Positions 1-12,132 of a stretch of 64,000 nucleotides of DNA are shown here, in pieces. The translations under genes and the position numbers were made by a program. The first letter of the stretch is position 1. Each line of letters begins with the position of its first letter. This DNA is from Tubiluchus corallicola (lineage: Eukaryota; Animalia; Priapulida). The DNA is taken from NCBI GenBank assembly GCA_030141605.1, contig JAQGDQ010000190.1, forward strand, positions 350,638-414,637. Direction: 5' to 3'. The notes under the pieces were generated by a model that searched no databases, was not told where the DNA came from, and saw nothing but the letters and a program-made list of their open reading frames with translations.

Positions 1-3000
1 GCAAGTGTGAAAAACTTGGCAAATTCTGTCGTCAAGGTCTTGTTTAAACTCTCAGCAACTCTCTGATTGTTTGCAATAACTTGCGCAAGAAGTTGTGAGA
101 GAAAATGCTCTAGTTTGAACGAGCCATAAGATACTAACATATCAGCACGTCAATAGATGTGTGTATCTAACGGAATATGACGGTCCTGTTGAGGAATGAA
201 CGTTAAAACTGATATTTTCCACAGAACACACCTATAAGGCACAAACGGAATTATATCTTGCATCCATAGAATATTGCATGAAAACTCCACTCATGCAAGA
301 TTCGATTGCTCTAGCTAACACAGTATGACTTTACATATATGCGAAACAAATAGGTTATCTTGAGGTATAATCACTGAGTTTGAACAAGACTTGGCAAAGT
401 CACCGATTAGATCGTAAGCAAATGTCTAAGAGGATAAAGACGCCAAGAGGTTACTTCTACTAACTAAAGGTAGAAGTAACCTCTTAACTAAACGTAGAAG
501 TAGCAAGCATCACTTACACGTACTATGGCATATCACCAGCCACAAAATACCCATGTCATTTATAAGGACTTTCCAGAATGGAAGTGCCCAGTTTTGAGTA
601 TGGTTACTGGGGTGGGGGATAGCTTTGAATATCGTTATATTACAACTGTATGTTTACTACAAGATACAGTTAGCAGCTCTTAGGTATCAGATAATGGCTG
701 CTCAGCGGGCAAAGATAATTAAAAGCTACGTGACTTCAAGTGTTTTTCAAGACAATTGACGTCAAGCATAATGTCAATCACTCGTTGACTGCCCAATCAG
801 CGTGCAAGATTTTTCACACCCCTGCAGAGCTTACTTAACGTAGGTACGTTAAGTACATTTAGCTGCACCTGTGTCTAACACTGTTATGAAAAATGCTCAA
901 CTTCTCATTAGTTAGGGGGAGAAATATTGACCTGGTTCTAGATTTTATTATTGTCGATTGAAATTACAAGTAAATTAGTGAAAATAGTTTCGTTTATGGG
1001 AAGACATGCACAACGCTTACGTCGAAGAGTTGCTGATAAAACCGTTTTGCTGTCAATAAAATGCGTAGTTTAATTTAGTTTATGACTTTGGAGTGAGATA
1101 AATACAACTATTAACATTAAAAAATGACAAATTAACCTAACGAGGTTAGGCCTCAAGAAAACGAGGTTAGGCCGATTACATGATGCTGCTTTAACATTCG
1201 CAAACGCAAAATGGCCTACCTGAACAGAGTTGAGAAGAAATTTACAACTTCAGATCATTGAAGCCCGAGTTAGCAAATATAAATGATTCAAGGTTAACCT
1301 GCTTGTAAAAATTACAGTCTGCACAAGTAGGTTTGCACAGGTTGTAGAAAATAAGCTAGTCGACCTTGGTCAGCAATAGTTGAGGCAGAGTTGAACTGTC
1401 ATGACTTTGAGTAAGCGAGCACACTCGTAGAAACTCCATAATTACGCAAAATGTTTTCAGAAATTTTCAGGCAAAATGTTTTCTTTTCTGGCCAGTTTTT
1501 ATAAACCTCAAAGAGATCTTCATAGTCAAAATTAATTCAAAGTGGTCAAAATTTATATTATATGACGATGTAATATTAGTTAGTTTTAGGCTAATTTTTT
1601 CTTATGATCATGGTTAAAAGATGCCATTGGGACTTATGTAACTCTGGCAGTCGTCCACGGAATAGAACATTACAAGGTACCATTAAAGTAAAGCAAAATA
1701 CACATCTCAGTTAAATCAATGAAATATACGCTTTAACGGTTACAGCCTTTTTATTCAGTTATTCTGTCTAAGTTTAAGACTATCCCAGTTTTTTACTTAT
1801 TCATGTACCAAAATCTTTAATCTTTCGGCTCCTCTGTTGGGAATCTAAAATTGCTCAAAGTTAAAACCATAGATTCGACGTTCTATCTAACGACATTCTA
1901 ATGATACAGTCCTCTGTTACATATTGATAAGGAGAAAACATAACATACCTAAATTGAGTACTTCTTTCCTAACTAATTTTAAGTATGGCTTCAAAATTAC
2001 TTTAAAGAATTTTGGATATTTTAGTATCATATGAGTTGCGTATATATTACACAATCGTCTGTGATATTATTTTAGTAATAAGATCTGATTAGACGCATAC
2101 ACGTGCGTTGCATGGCGGAAACTTAAAGATTTACTGTCTTGTACTAGGTCAGAAATACATGGTTTACTCTTAGCTGGCGTTTCTTTAGCCTAATTTTTAT
2201 TTATTATAATGAATAGTCAGTTTGCTGGGAGAGCAGCCGACATTAAAGCTGCAAGCTTAGAGCGAGATTTCATTCAAAGCTCTGCAGAGATTGGTTTTCT
2301 GATCTATGTTGAGTGATTTATAGCCAATCTCTCTGTTGGCTTGAGAAATGTGGCAATGTCTTTTGTGTGAATTCTAATGCGAATCCTGTACGCCATGTTT
2401 TATCGTCACGTCTGAGGCGGTTTTAGATCAGAAAAGAAAATCGCCCAAAATGCATTTGAAAAGTTTTATTGTGTTACGCAATATGACGCGCTATTCATCT
2501 GTGTTAATCCGATATTTTTACTTCACAATCATGATATAATGTAGGCCTAATGTATGACGTTACATGATATAATGTATGATGTTACAAGAGTTTGCCTAAA
2601 GGACAACGAAATAGAACATAGATACATTAAAATTTTGAAATTATTGGCGTTAAAATTTGTTGTATAGAGTTGTTGTCGCCGAAGATCGTTTTTAATCTGT
2701 GTATTTACAAGTCAGCAGTATGTTAGAAAAGTTTTGGTTCAGTTCTGTCTTTGTGCTTTGTGACAGGCCTGACATTTTTTCATTTCGCTTGCAAGTTTGC
2801 CAATTTGAGATGTTTTTGCAAAGACACGAGGCATTTTGTCAGAAAATAAAACGCAAAATCAATGCTTTACGAAAAATCGAAGAATCTACAGCCACAATGC
2901 ATGGATTATTGAGTCTGCTTGCGTTTGTATAGTTTGCGAATCGCATTGAGCTTATAATCATGTTATTAGACTTGTCTAAGGGTGTGTGGGGGTGTGGGTG

Positions 3001-3569
3001 GGGTTTGGTGTGGTAAAGTGAGTGTTTAACGTCATCTCTTTTTCGAAATTCCATTTTTATTGTTACAGTTGCCTGTGGAAGGTGACGATAATATTGAGTT
3101 ACTGGCTTACTGCTGGCCGTATCCGGTACGTGTCTGGTTTAGTAAGAAAATCACTGATAGATGATCAGTCTTCATCCTTTGCTGGGCAGTGGGTCATTTC
3201 TTAGTTCAAATAGGTAAATGACATTCGCCTGTACTGTGTCTAAAATATTATTTAAAATTAGTACACAAAATTGCAATCGAAACATTGCTGGAGAAAAAAT
3301 ACAATTAGTTAATTTGGTCTAGAATATGAACAAGAAAATTTAAAATTTGAACGAAATATATTTAAGTAAGACCATAGTTTGAATTTCTAAGCCGGATAAT
3401 CCACCTCTTCCTGCTTACACTATAATTTCGTACAAACAAAGTCAGATAGGCTAAAATGTATAATCTCTCACTTGCTAATAACACACACATTACAACAAAG
3501 TCGTCTCGAAGTTGGTCGAGGGACTCGCTGGAATCAGCATCGAGGATTATAAAATTACGTCTATGTCGT

Positions 3570-3810
3570 CATCTTTAATTCAAGACGGTTGACAAGAATT
3601 CGATTCCGTCAGGCAATGTAGAATTCGTTCTGGTATATTCCCGTGAAGATACATTATGATCCGTAGCGATTTGGTAGAGCTTTAAGCTTTTTCGAAAAGA
3701 TGTTATCGCTGCCATCTTTAATTCAAGACGGCTGACAAAAATGCGACTCCGTCAGTTGATAAAGAACCTACTCTAGTATATTCCTACACACAATGATCCA
3801 CTACTTTAGG
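3570..3810. repeat. Degenerate tandem dimer, period about 143 bp
   Basis: CATCTTTAATTCAAGACGG-TGACAA occurs at 3570 and 3713. Similarity continues downstream (CGA-TCCGTCAG, TAGTATATTCC/TGGTATATTCC, ATGATCC). Confidence 0.7.
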
Positions 3811-3919
3811 CTACGGTATCACCGCGCACCTTGAAATCTAAATGACTGATGGAACATCTATCTCCGTTAGTCAAAGAAATAATGTTATAGCATGTAATAA
3901 CAAATAGCAGAAAAAATTT

Positions 3920-4014
3920 ACTGGCGAAATGCATCACAGGCAAAGTGGACCACTGACGAATTGTATCAGTGGCGAAGTGTACCACTTGCAAAATGTCAAC
4001 TGGCGAAAAAGAAC
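3920..4014. repeat. Six degenerate 16-bp units (consensus about ACTGGCGAAATGTACC), possibly transposon subterminal repeats
   Basis: Units: actggcgaaatgcatc / acaggcaaagtggacc / actgacgaattgtatc / agtggcgaagtgtacc / acttgcaaaatgtca / actggcgaaaaagaac. Confidence 0.6.
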
Positions 4015-4122
4015 ACCAAATGAAAAAAATCGACAACATTGTTTTCCTCTATTTGATATTTTTTATCCTGGCTGACGCTAAAGTTGCTTGTTTGTCTAGC
4101 TGTCGGCGCATCCTGCGACTCT

Positions 4123-4995
4123 GCGAGTCCTGTTACACTTGCTAGTCGTGTTACACTTGCTAGTCCTGTTACACTTGCTAGTCGTGTTACACTTGCTAGT
4201 CGTGTTACACTTGCTAGTCGTGTTACACTTGCTAGTCGTGTTACACTTGCGAGTCGTGTTACACTTGCGAGTCGTGTTACACTTGCTAGTCGTGTTACAC
4301 TTGCTAGTCGTGTTACACTTGCTAGTCGTGTTACACTTGCTAGTCGTGTTACACTTGCGAGTCCTGTTACACTTGCGAGTCGTGTTACACTTGCTAGTCG
4401 TGTTACACTTGCGAGTCGTGTTACACTTGCTAGTCGTGTTACACTTGCTAGTCGTGTTACACTTGCTAGTCGTGTTACACTTGCTAGTCCTGTTACACTT
4501 GCTAGTCGTGTTACACTTGCTAGTCGTGTTACACTTGCTAGTCGTGTTACACTTGCGAGTCGTGTTACACTTGCTAGTCGTGTTACACTTGCGAGTCGTG
4601 TTACACTTGCTAGTCGTGTTACACTTGCTAGTCGTGTTACACTTGCTAGTCGTGTTACACTTGCGAGTCGTGTTACACTTGCTAGTCCTGTTACACTTGC
4701 TAGTCGTGTTACACTTGTTAGTCGTGTTACACTTGCTAGTCGTGTTACACTTGCTAGTCGTGTTACACTTGCTAGTCGTGTTACACTTGCGAGTCGTGTT
4801 ACACTTGCTAGTCCTGTTACACTTGCTAGTCGTGTTACACTTGTTAGTCGTGTTACACTTGCTAGTCGTGTTACACTTGCTAGTCGTGTTACACTTGCTA
4901 GTCCTGTTACACTTGCTAGTCCTGTTACACTTGCTAGTCGTGTTACACTTGCTAGTCGTGTTACACTTGCTAGTCGTGTTACACTTGCTAGTCGT
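4123..4995. repeat. 18-bp minisatellite (GCTAGTCGTGTTACACTT) x48
   Basis: Near-perfect tandem array; 4123-4986 is 48 x 18 bp. Variation is confined to gct/gcg/gtt and cgt/cct. Confidence 0.98.
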
Positions 4996-5379
4996 TATTT
5001 CGTATTTCATCCTTGCCGTTTTCAGACAGTTGCGGTGTATGTTATAGTCGATGCTGCTGTGAACAGTTGTAATCATTACTGTTGATTTCTGAACGACAAT
5101 TACCCGCCAGCGATCGATTCGCTTGAGTGTTTGTCGTCGTCTTGTTGGCTTCCGGCAATTTCTGGATGGCTTCTTCCTAACTGGCCTAACCCTTTTTACT
5201 GCCAATTTTTGGCCCTAAGTTAATTAATTGTAATTCCTGGTGACGCATTTTTCGAGAATCAAACAACGGTTTTTAATAAAATAAAAAAAAAACAGACGTA
5301 AAATGATCCATGCAGTGAATTATGGTAAAGACAGTATTGACAGTAGGGAAAGAACAGGGCTGCACCGAGTGAAGACAAG

Positions 5380-6020
5380 CAATAAACTCAGAACGTAGGT
5401 CGTATAAATTTTTAAAAGAATCCTGATAGGTTGTAAAATTATTTATGATTGGTATCCCAAAATATGTCAACACTCCTTTAAGAAGATTACGTATATTGCT
5501 CATACTAATTGAATTCGGTAGATACCATAAGCTAAAGAAATACCATTAGAGAACAACGAGTATGTAAAAATTGTTTGAATAAAGTAGAGGATGAATTGGC
5601 TGTAATTACTGATTGTCCACTATACGCTCGCATAAGAGAAGGAATGTTTTAGTACTTTCTCTGATTTTGTACTAACTTTCAGTATATGTCTCCTAATGAG
5701 AAGTTTGTGTTTTTGAATTCGCCACGAGATGTACAAAAATTAACGCTAGATTGGTCGAGAAAATCTTAGAACGCAGACCTGACTGAGATAACTCAGGCCA
5801 AGCCTGACTGATTAATTGTAACAATTGTTAAATAACAAGTCTACGATATCAAGACTGTTTACATGTATATATGTTGGTTCGTTGTATGTGTTTATGTGAT
5901 TCAACAATTATACCTTATGCATGTATTCTTTCTTATGGCTGTAGTCTGTTCCTGTTTTATGTCTAGTGTATACAGTTTTTTCTCTTTTGTATTCTGTTCT
6001 ACTGTTCAATAAACATTATT
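5380..6020 (+). mobile_element. Decayed 3' end of a non-LTR retrotransposon ORF2 (RTE-X/RTE-like LINE)
   Basis: With stops and frameshifts it translates as NKLRT/YKF..., LRRLRI..LIEFGRY, REQRVCKNCLNKVEDE....DCPLYARIR, EKFVFL. This matches the C-terminal Cys-rich knuckle of RTE-X-type ORF2. It is followed by a T-rich tail and AATAAA near 6008. Confidence 0.75.
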
Positions 6021-6493
6021 ACGCTTATTTAGCGAATCCATACAAGAATTAGTTTTCTAGTACACGATTTAACATCTGAAAATTTTGATGTGGACTGAGT
6101 TAAGATTACTTTATGCTAGAATAACAGAAAAAAATGTGATGTTTTACGATTGTGTATACAATTGTATAATTGTATATTGTATATATCCGCGGTGGTTGAT
6201 ATAATGAGTCGTGAAATCCCTAGTCCATTTTAAAAATTATGAAAATTATGGCAGCCATGTTGAACATCATGTTTACCTGGAATGTTTTATTGCAAAACTG
6301 ATTCCTCATAAGTTATAGTAGCATCAGTAAAAACATTAGAAAATGAACTGATAACAGAGACTCTTTATATGCAGTATAATCCCTGTCAAATTCTTGTTTG
6401 GGTCTTCTTTAGCCTAAACGTGGAGAATTCAGATTGCTGATAGAAAATAAGGGCGATTAACATAAAGCTACTTTTACACAACATGATGACTAC

Positions 6494-7410
6494 AAAGACA
6501 CAATAATAAAAATTACAGGTGAAAAGCATAAGACATATAAAATAAAGAGATACAATCTCAGTAAAATAAAGGGTAAAAAAACATTAAGAGGCTGAATTAA
6601 AAAAATAATTAAAAAGCTACAGATGACACTACATGTAAAATAAAGGTGTACAATGTCAGTAACATAAAAGGTACAAACAAACATGAAGATGCCGAATTAA
6701 AAACTAAATTAAAAGAAAAAGTAAAATTACAAATTAAGAAAACAAAATGAAAATTAAACTGACAAACATACCTGACATCAATTAGATATAGCTAAGATCT
6801 TGAAAGATAACCAGAGATTTGCCTACCTACTGCTTTGTTGGGTTTAATCCCCATAATTTTCTTTTTTCTCTTTTGTTTTCTTAAATTTTTTAAATGTTTT
6901 AATAATATTTTTTGCCCTTTTATATTTTTATGGTTTTGTATTTTATTACATATTAATTAGTTTTATAATTTGATTTCTATTTAATTCAGTTTGATTCAAC
7001 ATTTGTTCAACTAACACAGCACAGGTTTTCATTAGGAATCTTGGTAGTATAATTCTGGCTTTTAACACACCACAAACTGTTATCTCTAGTCACCTGTTTC
7101 TGACTGTACACCAGCTAATAGTTACTTACTCAAATATCTAATTGATGTCAGGTATGTTTGTCAGTTTAATTTTCATTTTGTTTTCTTAATTTGTAATTTT
7201 ACTTTTTCTTTTAATTTAGTGTTTAATTCAGCCTCTTCATGCTTTTTGTACCTTTTATTTTACTGACATTGTACACCTTTATTTTATAATTTCATCTGTA
7301 TTTTTTTATTATTGTGTCTTTCTGTGCAGCTGATGAAGTCCAAAAGGACGAAAGCTTCTGAAGAAAAAATAGAGAATTTTTGAGATTGATGGGCACTTTA
7401 ATTTCTTTAC
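6494..7410 (+). mobile_element. Penelope-like element / retrozyme remnant: inverted pseudo-LTR arms with a terminal hammerhead
   Basis: About 6610-6789 is the near-identical reverse complement of about 7134-7320 (GACAAACATACCTGACATCAATTAGATA vs TATCTAATTGATGTCAGGTATGTTTGTC). 6494-6600 is a second partial copy of the arm. The right arm continues into a hammerhead motif. Confidence 0.65.
7319..7366 (+). ncRNA. Minimal type I hammerhead ribozyme (PLE-type)
   Basis: CAG (stem I, 7327-29) - CUGAUGA core (7330-36) - A - GUCC/AAAA/GGAC stem II (7338-49) - GAAA (7350-53) - palindromic AGCU stem III - U17 (7357) - CUG (7358-60) closing stem I. Stem I can be extended by UUCU/AGAA. Confidence 0.8.
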
Positions 7411-8226
7411 GACTGAAAAAAACAATAAGAAATTGTAAAAGCAATTATAGTAATAGTGTAATATAATATAATATTACATTATAGTAAGCTTAAAGAAGTA
7501 ATGTTCACGGAAACTTGTTGGTGTACCAAAAATTCTAGCTCTTCTCGTCCTTTTTCGCAAAATGTCTTACTTTGTGTTTAGATGAGCAAAGCATGTGTGA
7601 TTTCTCAAAAGACGTTATATAAAGCACCCTTATCGCTAGAATGTAGTGTCAGCATCATTGTGCTAAACCTGTAACTTTTGAACAACCCACACCTGTGTGT
7701 GACAGTTTCCACTTGTTAACATATAGACCTCGAGATTTGTAAGTAGTCTAAGTAATCATCAAGTAAGATGAGAAGCCACTTTGCGGAGAAATCGCGACAT
7801 TAACCTTGTACAAAATTGAAGTTTTAACACTTACAAAATAAAAACTAGTCCGGAGTGCGAGTTAAGCATTCGGCTACTCGCAGACACGCACGCATGTGTG
7901 AACACACGTACATTTACCGTTTTATACGAAGTAACTCTAATGTGATGTCGTAATATAAAACTGGCGAAAAATTTATTACGTTAAGGAGACCGAAATCACG
8001 GCAAAATAGACCTTTTTATAGGGTTGCTACGCAGGCCTGTAATCCAGTCAATAACGTTCAACAATGAGTCTATCTGTACTCATAAATACAAACAATTAAT
8101 TTCTCAGAGGGATGAATTGTACAGCTAAATGGCTGAGACGCTTTGCTCGTTTTGGTATTTGAAAATAATTAAATAAAATTGATATTTTCGAGAACTATAA
8201 GTCGCATCTTCATTTGAGAACAACAC

Positions 8227-8325
8227 GTATGTATGTATGTATGTATGCATGTATGTATGTATGTATGTATGTATGTATGTATGTATGTATGTATGTATGT
8301 ATGTATGTATGTATGTATGTATGTA
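8227..8325. repeat. (GTAT)n microsatellite
   Basis: About 24 tetranucleotide units seen directly. Confidence 0.97.
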
Positions 8326-9946
8326 CGTGTAACACGTAACCAACTCTTCAATGAAAATGCTTGCAATAAAATTCTCCGTCACGTGTCACAAGCCACGCTC
8401 ACGATTGTACGTTCAATTCAGTTATAAACATTCGCGCGAAATTTTAGCCTATTGTGCGTGCGCGTGCGTATGAGTACGCATTATACAATAAGTTAAAAAT
8501 GACCTCTATTTTCCTATTTAGTTATAGAAGGTATCTGCTGCTATTCATCTTGAATCGAGATTGGATTTTTCTGCGAAGTAATTTCCACAAATAAGAAAGT
8601 TAAAGTAAAACCGGACCCAATCTTAAACTGTTGATTAAAACAATCTACTCGATAAAATATTGAAAGGGAACATACTGTTTTTTTTCCTTTTTAACAAACA
8701 CTCGTAAGCAGCTATTTTAGTTCTTTGTGTTTTTACCTGAATCTTCTACTTATATTATTATTATTATTATCATCACTTTGTTTTAATTTGCACTGTTTTT
8801 GTAGTAAGCATTTATTATTTTATTTCACTTTTTATCTGCCTTGTCACTCGTGTATTGCACTTTGAAGATTACGAAAGAAATAGAAATAAATAATTAATAA
8901 TAATAAAAATAAAAATGACTTACGTGAACGAATTATTAGCACACAAACGCAAATTCGCGTTATATCTACTAGCTCTTCGCTGTTACGTGCATTTCGCCAT
9001 TCTCTAGTTAGACGGGCACTAGCGCCTGCGTTTCGAAAACAGGTGCTGTACCTCTCATTTCAGAGGTGTTCGTTCGTGACGTACTGCACATGTTCGAGAG
9101 CTCCTGCGTGAGCACAGCCGTAAATATGAAATGTGTATTTGTATCTTAAAACTTGCCGAGTTTTAGTGGACTGAATCTCTCACAGTAGCACTGCACTTCA
9201 ACTTTCTCTTTTGCAAACACGCGCAACACGCTCATGGCATGTTTGTGCTGTTTTAGTTATGTTCATTTGTGATGTCATCATTAGTTGGGCTCGCTATAAA
9301 TAAATAGCCACTGAAATTAAAATAAACTTATGCAAACCAAAAATGTAGTCATTGCTCTTTTAAGGTACTATTTATTGAACAATTTTCCGTTGGTACAAAA
9401 TTGCTTCCGATTTTGTAGCGACAAAATTTAATATAGTTTCGTCCTGTTTTGCGTTCAGTTTTTTGCCTGTATTTTATTAATGGCACAGTTACATCCAGAG
9501 TTCAGTACGCATGCGCCGACGTGCCACGGCTTTTTAATGAACGGCCTGCCGGCCTGTCTTTCAAAGTCATCGACGTAATGGAGAGAAGGAGCACACAAAA
9601 AATTTCAAAATGCCATTTATTATAGTTTAATTGAAGAGAGAAATTGTTAATCAGTAACTGTTATGAATAAAAGTGCCCATAAATAAAGTAATTATATTGT
9701 AACGAAGCGTGTAGGCATGTTATTTATCACGAAGCCACTTATTTATACACTGAAATCAGATTCCGTGAACAGCGCCGTAAAAATGGGAAAACGAGCTATT
9801 ATCCGATAATCTGGCTTCTTATGAAATGTCTCATAATGCAACAGCCGTGATTTGCTTTCCAGCACTCGTGAACAAATTACTCTTATATTGATATTGAAAT
9901 ACAGCAATTTCACCTTGAATACTGTTACTCTTTCATACATGCAAAA

Positions 9947-10055
9947 TAACAACAGCAACAACAACAAATCAACATCAACATCAGCATCAGCATCAGCATC
10001 AGCAGCATCAGCAGCATCAGCAGCAACAGCAGCAACAGCAGCAACAGCGGCAACA
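9947..10055. repeat. Compound (CAA)/(CAGCAT)/(CAGCAA) microsatellite
   Basis: Seen directly. Confidence 0.9.
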
Positions 10056-10179
10056 AAAAAAAAAACACGTCTGCATTGAAGCAAAATTTTCAGTTAAACG
10101 GTTATGAATTCCATTTTTTAATATTGGTTAACAGCACCGTTCTTAGGACTTTGGCATTTTTCGTGCACTAATCACGATC

Positions 10180-10620
10180 GCATTGTTCACTATTTGCCCG
10201 AGGAGTTTGATTACCTAGCATCTTATGAACAGCTTAATTCCTCGTATCAGTTATCTAACGATTTTAATTCATGTTTCACTATCTGAGGATTTTTATTCAT
10301 TATTATTCCAAAGGAGTATTGTTCACGTGCGTTTTGTCTGAGAATTTAGAGTCGCCAGCATTTGATGAACAGCATCTTTCTTAGTGTCACTTATCTAAAG
10401 ATTTTAATTGGTGCCTTTCCTAAGAGGATTTTCATTCATTAGCATTCACGAGGAACTTTGTTCACTGTAACTCTAACTGTTCACTGTAGTATTCGTCTGA
10501 GAATTCTATGTTTAGTAACACTTTATGTACAACATCAGTTACATCGTTCGCACTGCCACTATAACGATTTTAATTCATTGTCATTCATGAGAAGTATTGT
10601 TCGTTGTGTCTTTCATCTGA
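10180..10620. repeat. Decayed satellite of about 138-bp period (about 3 units); related sequence resumes at about 11300-11560
   Basis: TTGTTCAC recurs near 10183, 10319 and 10458. TTATCTAA-GATTTTAATT and GATTTTCATTCATTAGCATTCA-G motifs recur, including after 11320. Confidence 0.6.
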
Positions 10621-10760
10621 TTGATTGATTATAATTTTATTTCAGACAAGAAAGTCCATACAAAATACAATGCATAAAATCAGTGTAATTAAAATAGCCT
10701 TAAGTGAAATCTAACAACTGAAAATAAAGATTAAAGTTATTGCACAGAAACTGATTGCTC
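10621..10760 (-). mobile_element. 3' tail of a CR1/L2-like LINE inserted into the decayed satellite
   Basis: The minus strand ends ...GGACTTTCTTGTCTGAAATAAAATTATAATCAATCAA: a poly(A) signal plus a short tandem tail typical of CR1/L2 3' ends. Confidence 0.45.
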
Positions 10761-12098
10761 ACGTCTTAAAGTTGGTGAACAGCAGTGTTCTTGGAGAAAA
10801 CGACAAGTCACTCAACATATTGGGTTTGTTTGACTGTTAAACTTAGAAAAATTTATTAAAGAAATTTGCAAAAAACTGTTTAGAGAGCATAAAGTTAATT
10901 TATACTAGCGCTGTATAGAAACTTTCCATCGGTAGCCGCCATTCACTTGAAAATCATGACGTAACTGGTGGACTTCGTGACCTTTCGTGAGTTTTCCTAA
11001 GGGCACTGCTGAAACTAATTTAAGTATCTGCAGCTTACCTAATGTTCACGCAAAAATATCACAAAATTAGCTATCTAATGTTTTCTGAAAATTTTTATAT
11101 ACTTTTGATGGAAATTGACAGTCTTCAGCCAATTGGTGGAAAAATGTGCGTTAAAAATGGGACCCAAGCGTGAAATGATCGCGACTTTAAAGTGAGTTTA
11201 CCAATTACACAAGACACTTATCACACTATTATTATTAAATCCTTTTAACATTTTTTGCGAACATTGAAATGAGCCTAACTTCCCAGAAGACTTAGCATTT
11301 CCTTTAATGTTACTCTCTAAAGATTTTCATTGAATAGCATTCATGAAAGGCATTGTACTTTGTGCCACACGGCTAGAGATTTCCTTTAGTAGCATTCATA
11401 TTGTAATATTGCAATACAATGACAATAAATTGCTTGCTTACTTACTTACTCATGAAAGCCTTTATTTTTAAAATGCTATTCGTCTAAACATGTTCATTTA
11501 TTAAGATACAAATAAGGAGCCTTGTTCATGTCGCCACTTGTTTAAAAATATTCATTAGCATTCATTTTAAATACTATGGAGGAAGCATCTGTTTACTTTT
11601 TGGGACTTAGATATCCCGCAACAGATGACAGAATCCGAAAACACGAAAAAGAGAAAATTAATGTGGTGATGATGATGGCAGTGACAGAAGTAACGATAGC
11701 TGTGGCGTCATTGATGACGGTTGACTTATATCAGAACTTATATGTAAGGAAAGTAGTTTTATAAAATTGATAAAGATGTATGTACATGCTTAACACGTAA
11801 CAACGCCAAGGCTGGTCAGCAAATGGATAAGTGGTTATAGATGGTTCTTCTATACTACCTCTAGCTATATCGTACAATATGTACAACAGGTCGTTGCCAA
11901 GACACTATTTCTGCTCGACCGGTGTCATCTTAGGAGGCTAACCCTGATAATGAGCTCGAATCCGGTCCAGCTACAACATTTAATTTAAGTAGGACTTGTA
12001 GTTGAGTTGGCAGAGTGCCAAATGGTTAAAAAGGCGATTTAGAACGCAAGCAGTCCAAACGTGTGCAACCTGCTTCACCAAAGCCATTGTTTTGGTAC

Positions 12099-12132
12099 GT
12101 GACGTCACTCACGCGTACTATTTGATCATTGG
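12099..12132. promoter_or_regulatory. Palindromic CRE (GTGACGTCAC) plus reverse CCAAT box; candidate promoter/enhancer
   Basis: GTGACGTCAC at 12099-12108 with ATTGG about 20 bp downstream. Function is inferred only. Confidence 0.25.

Noticed and set aside
832-855. Short palindrome TACTTAACGTA-GG-TACGTTAAGTA
   Set aside because: A real 11-bp stem, but too short and lacking context to assign; probably a MITE relic.
4123-4995. Possible CRISPR-like array (also considered for 36650-38100 and 51312-51878)
   Set aside because: The units are directly adjacent with no unique spacers, there are no cas genes, and the context is eukaryotic.
4084-5205. Three ORFs of 300-370 aa (SRVTLA, TTSKCN and LLVVLH repeats)
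   Set aside because: They arise from an 18-bp unit (a multiple of 3) that lacks stops in those frames, and the listed ORFs do not start at ATG. Not called as CDS.
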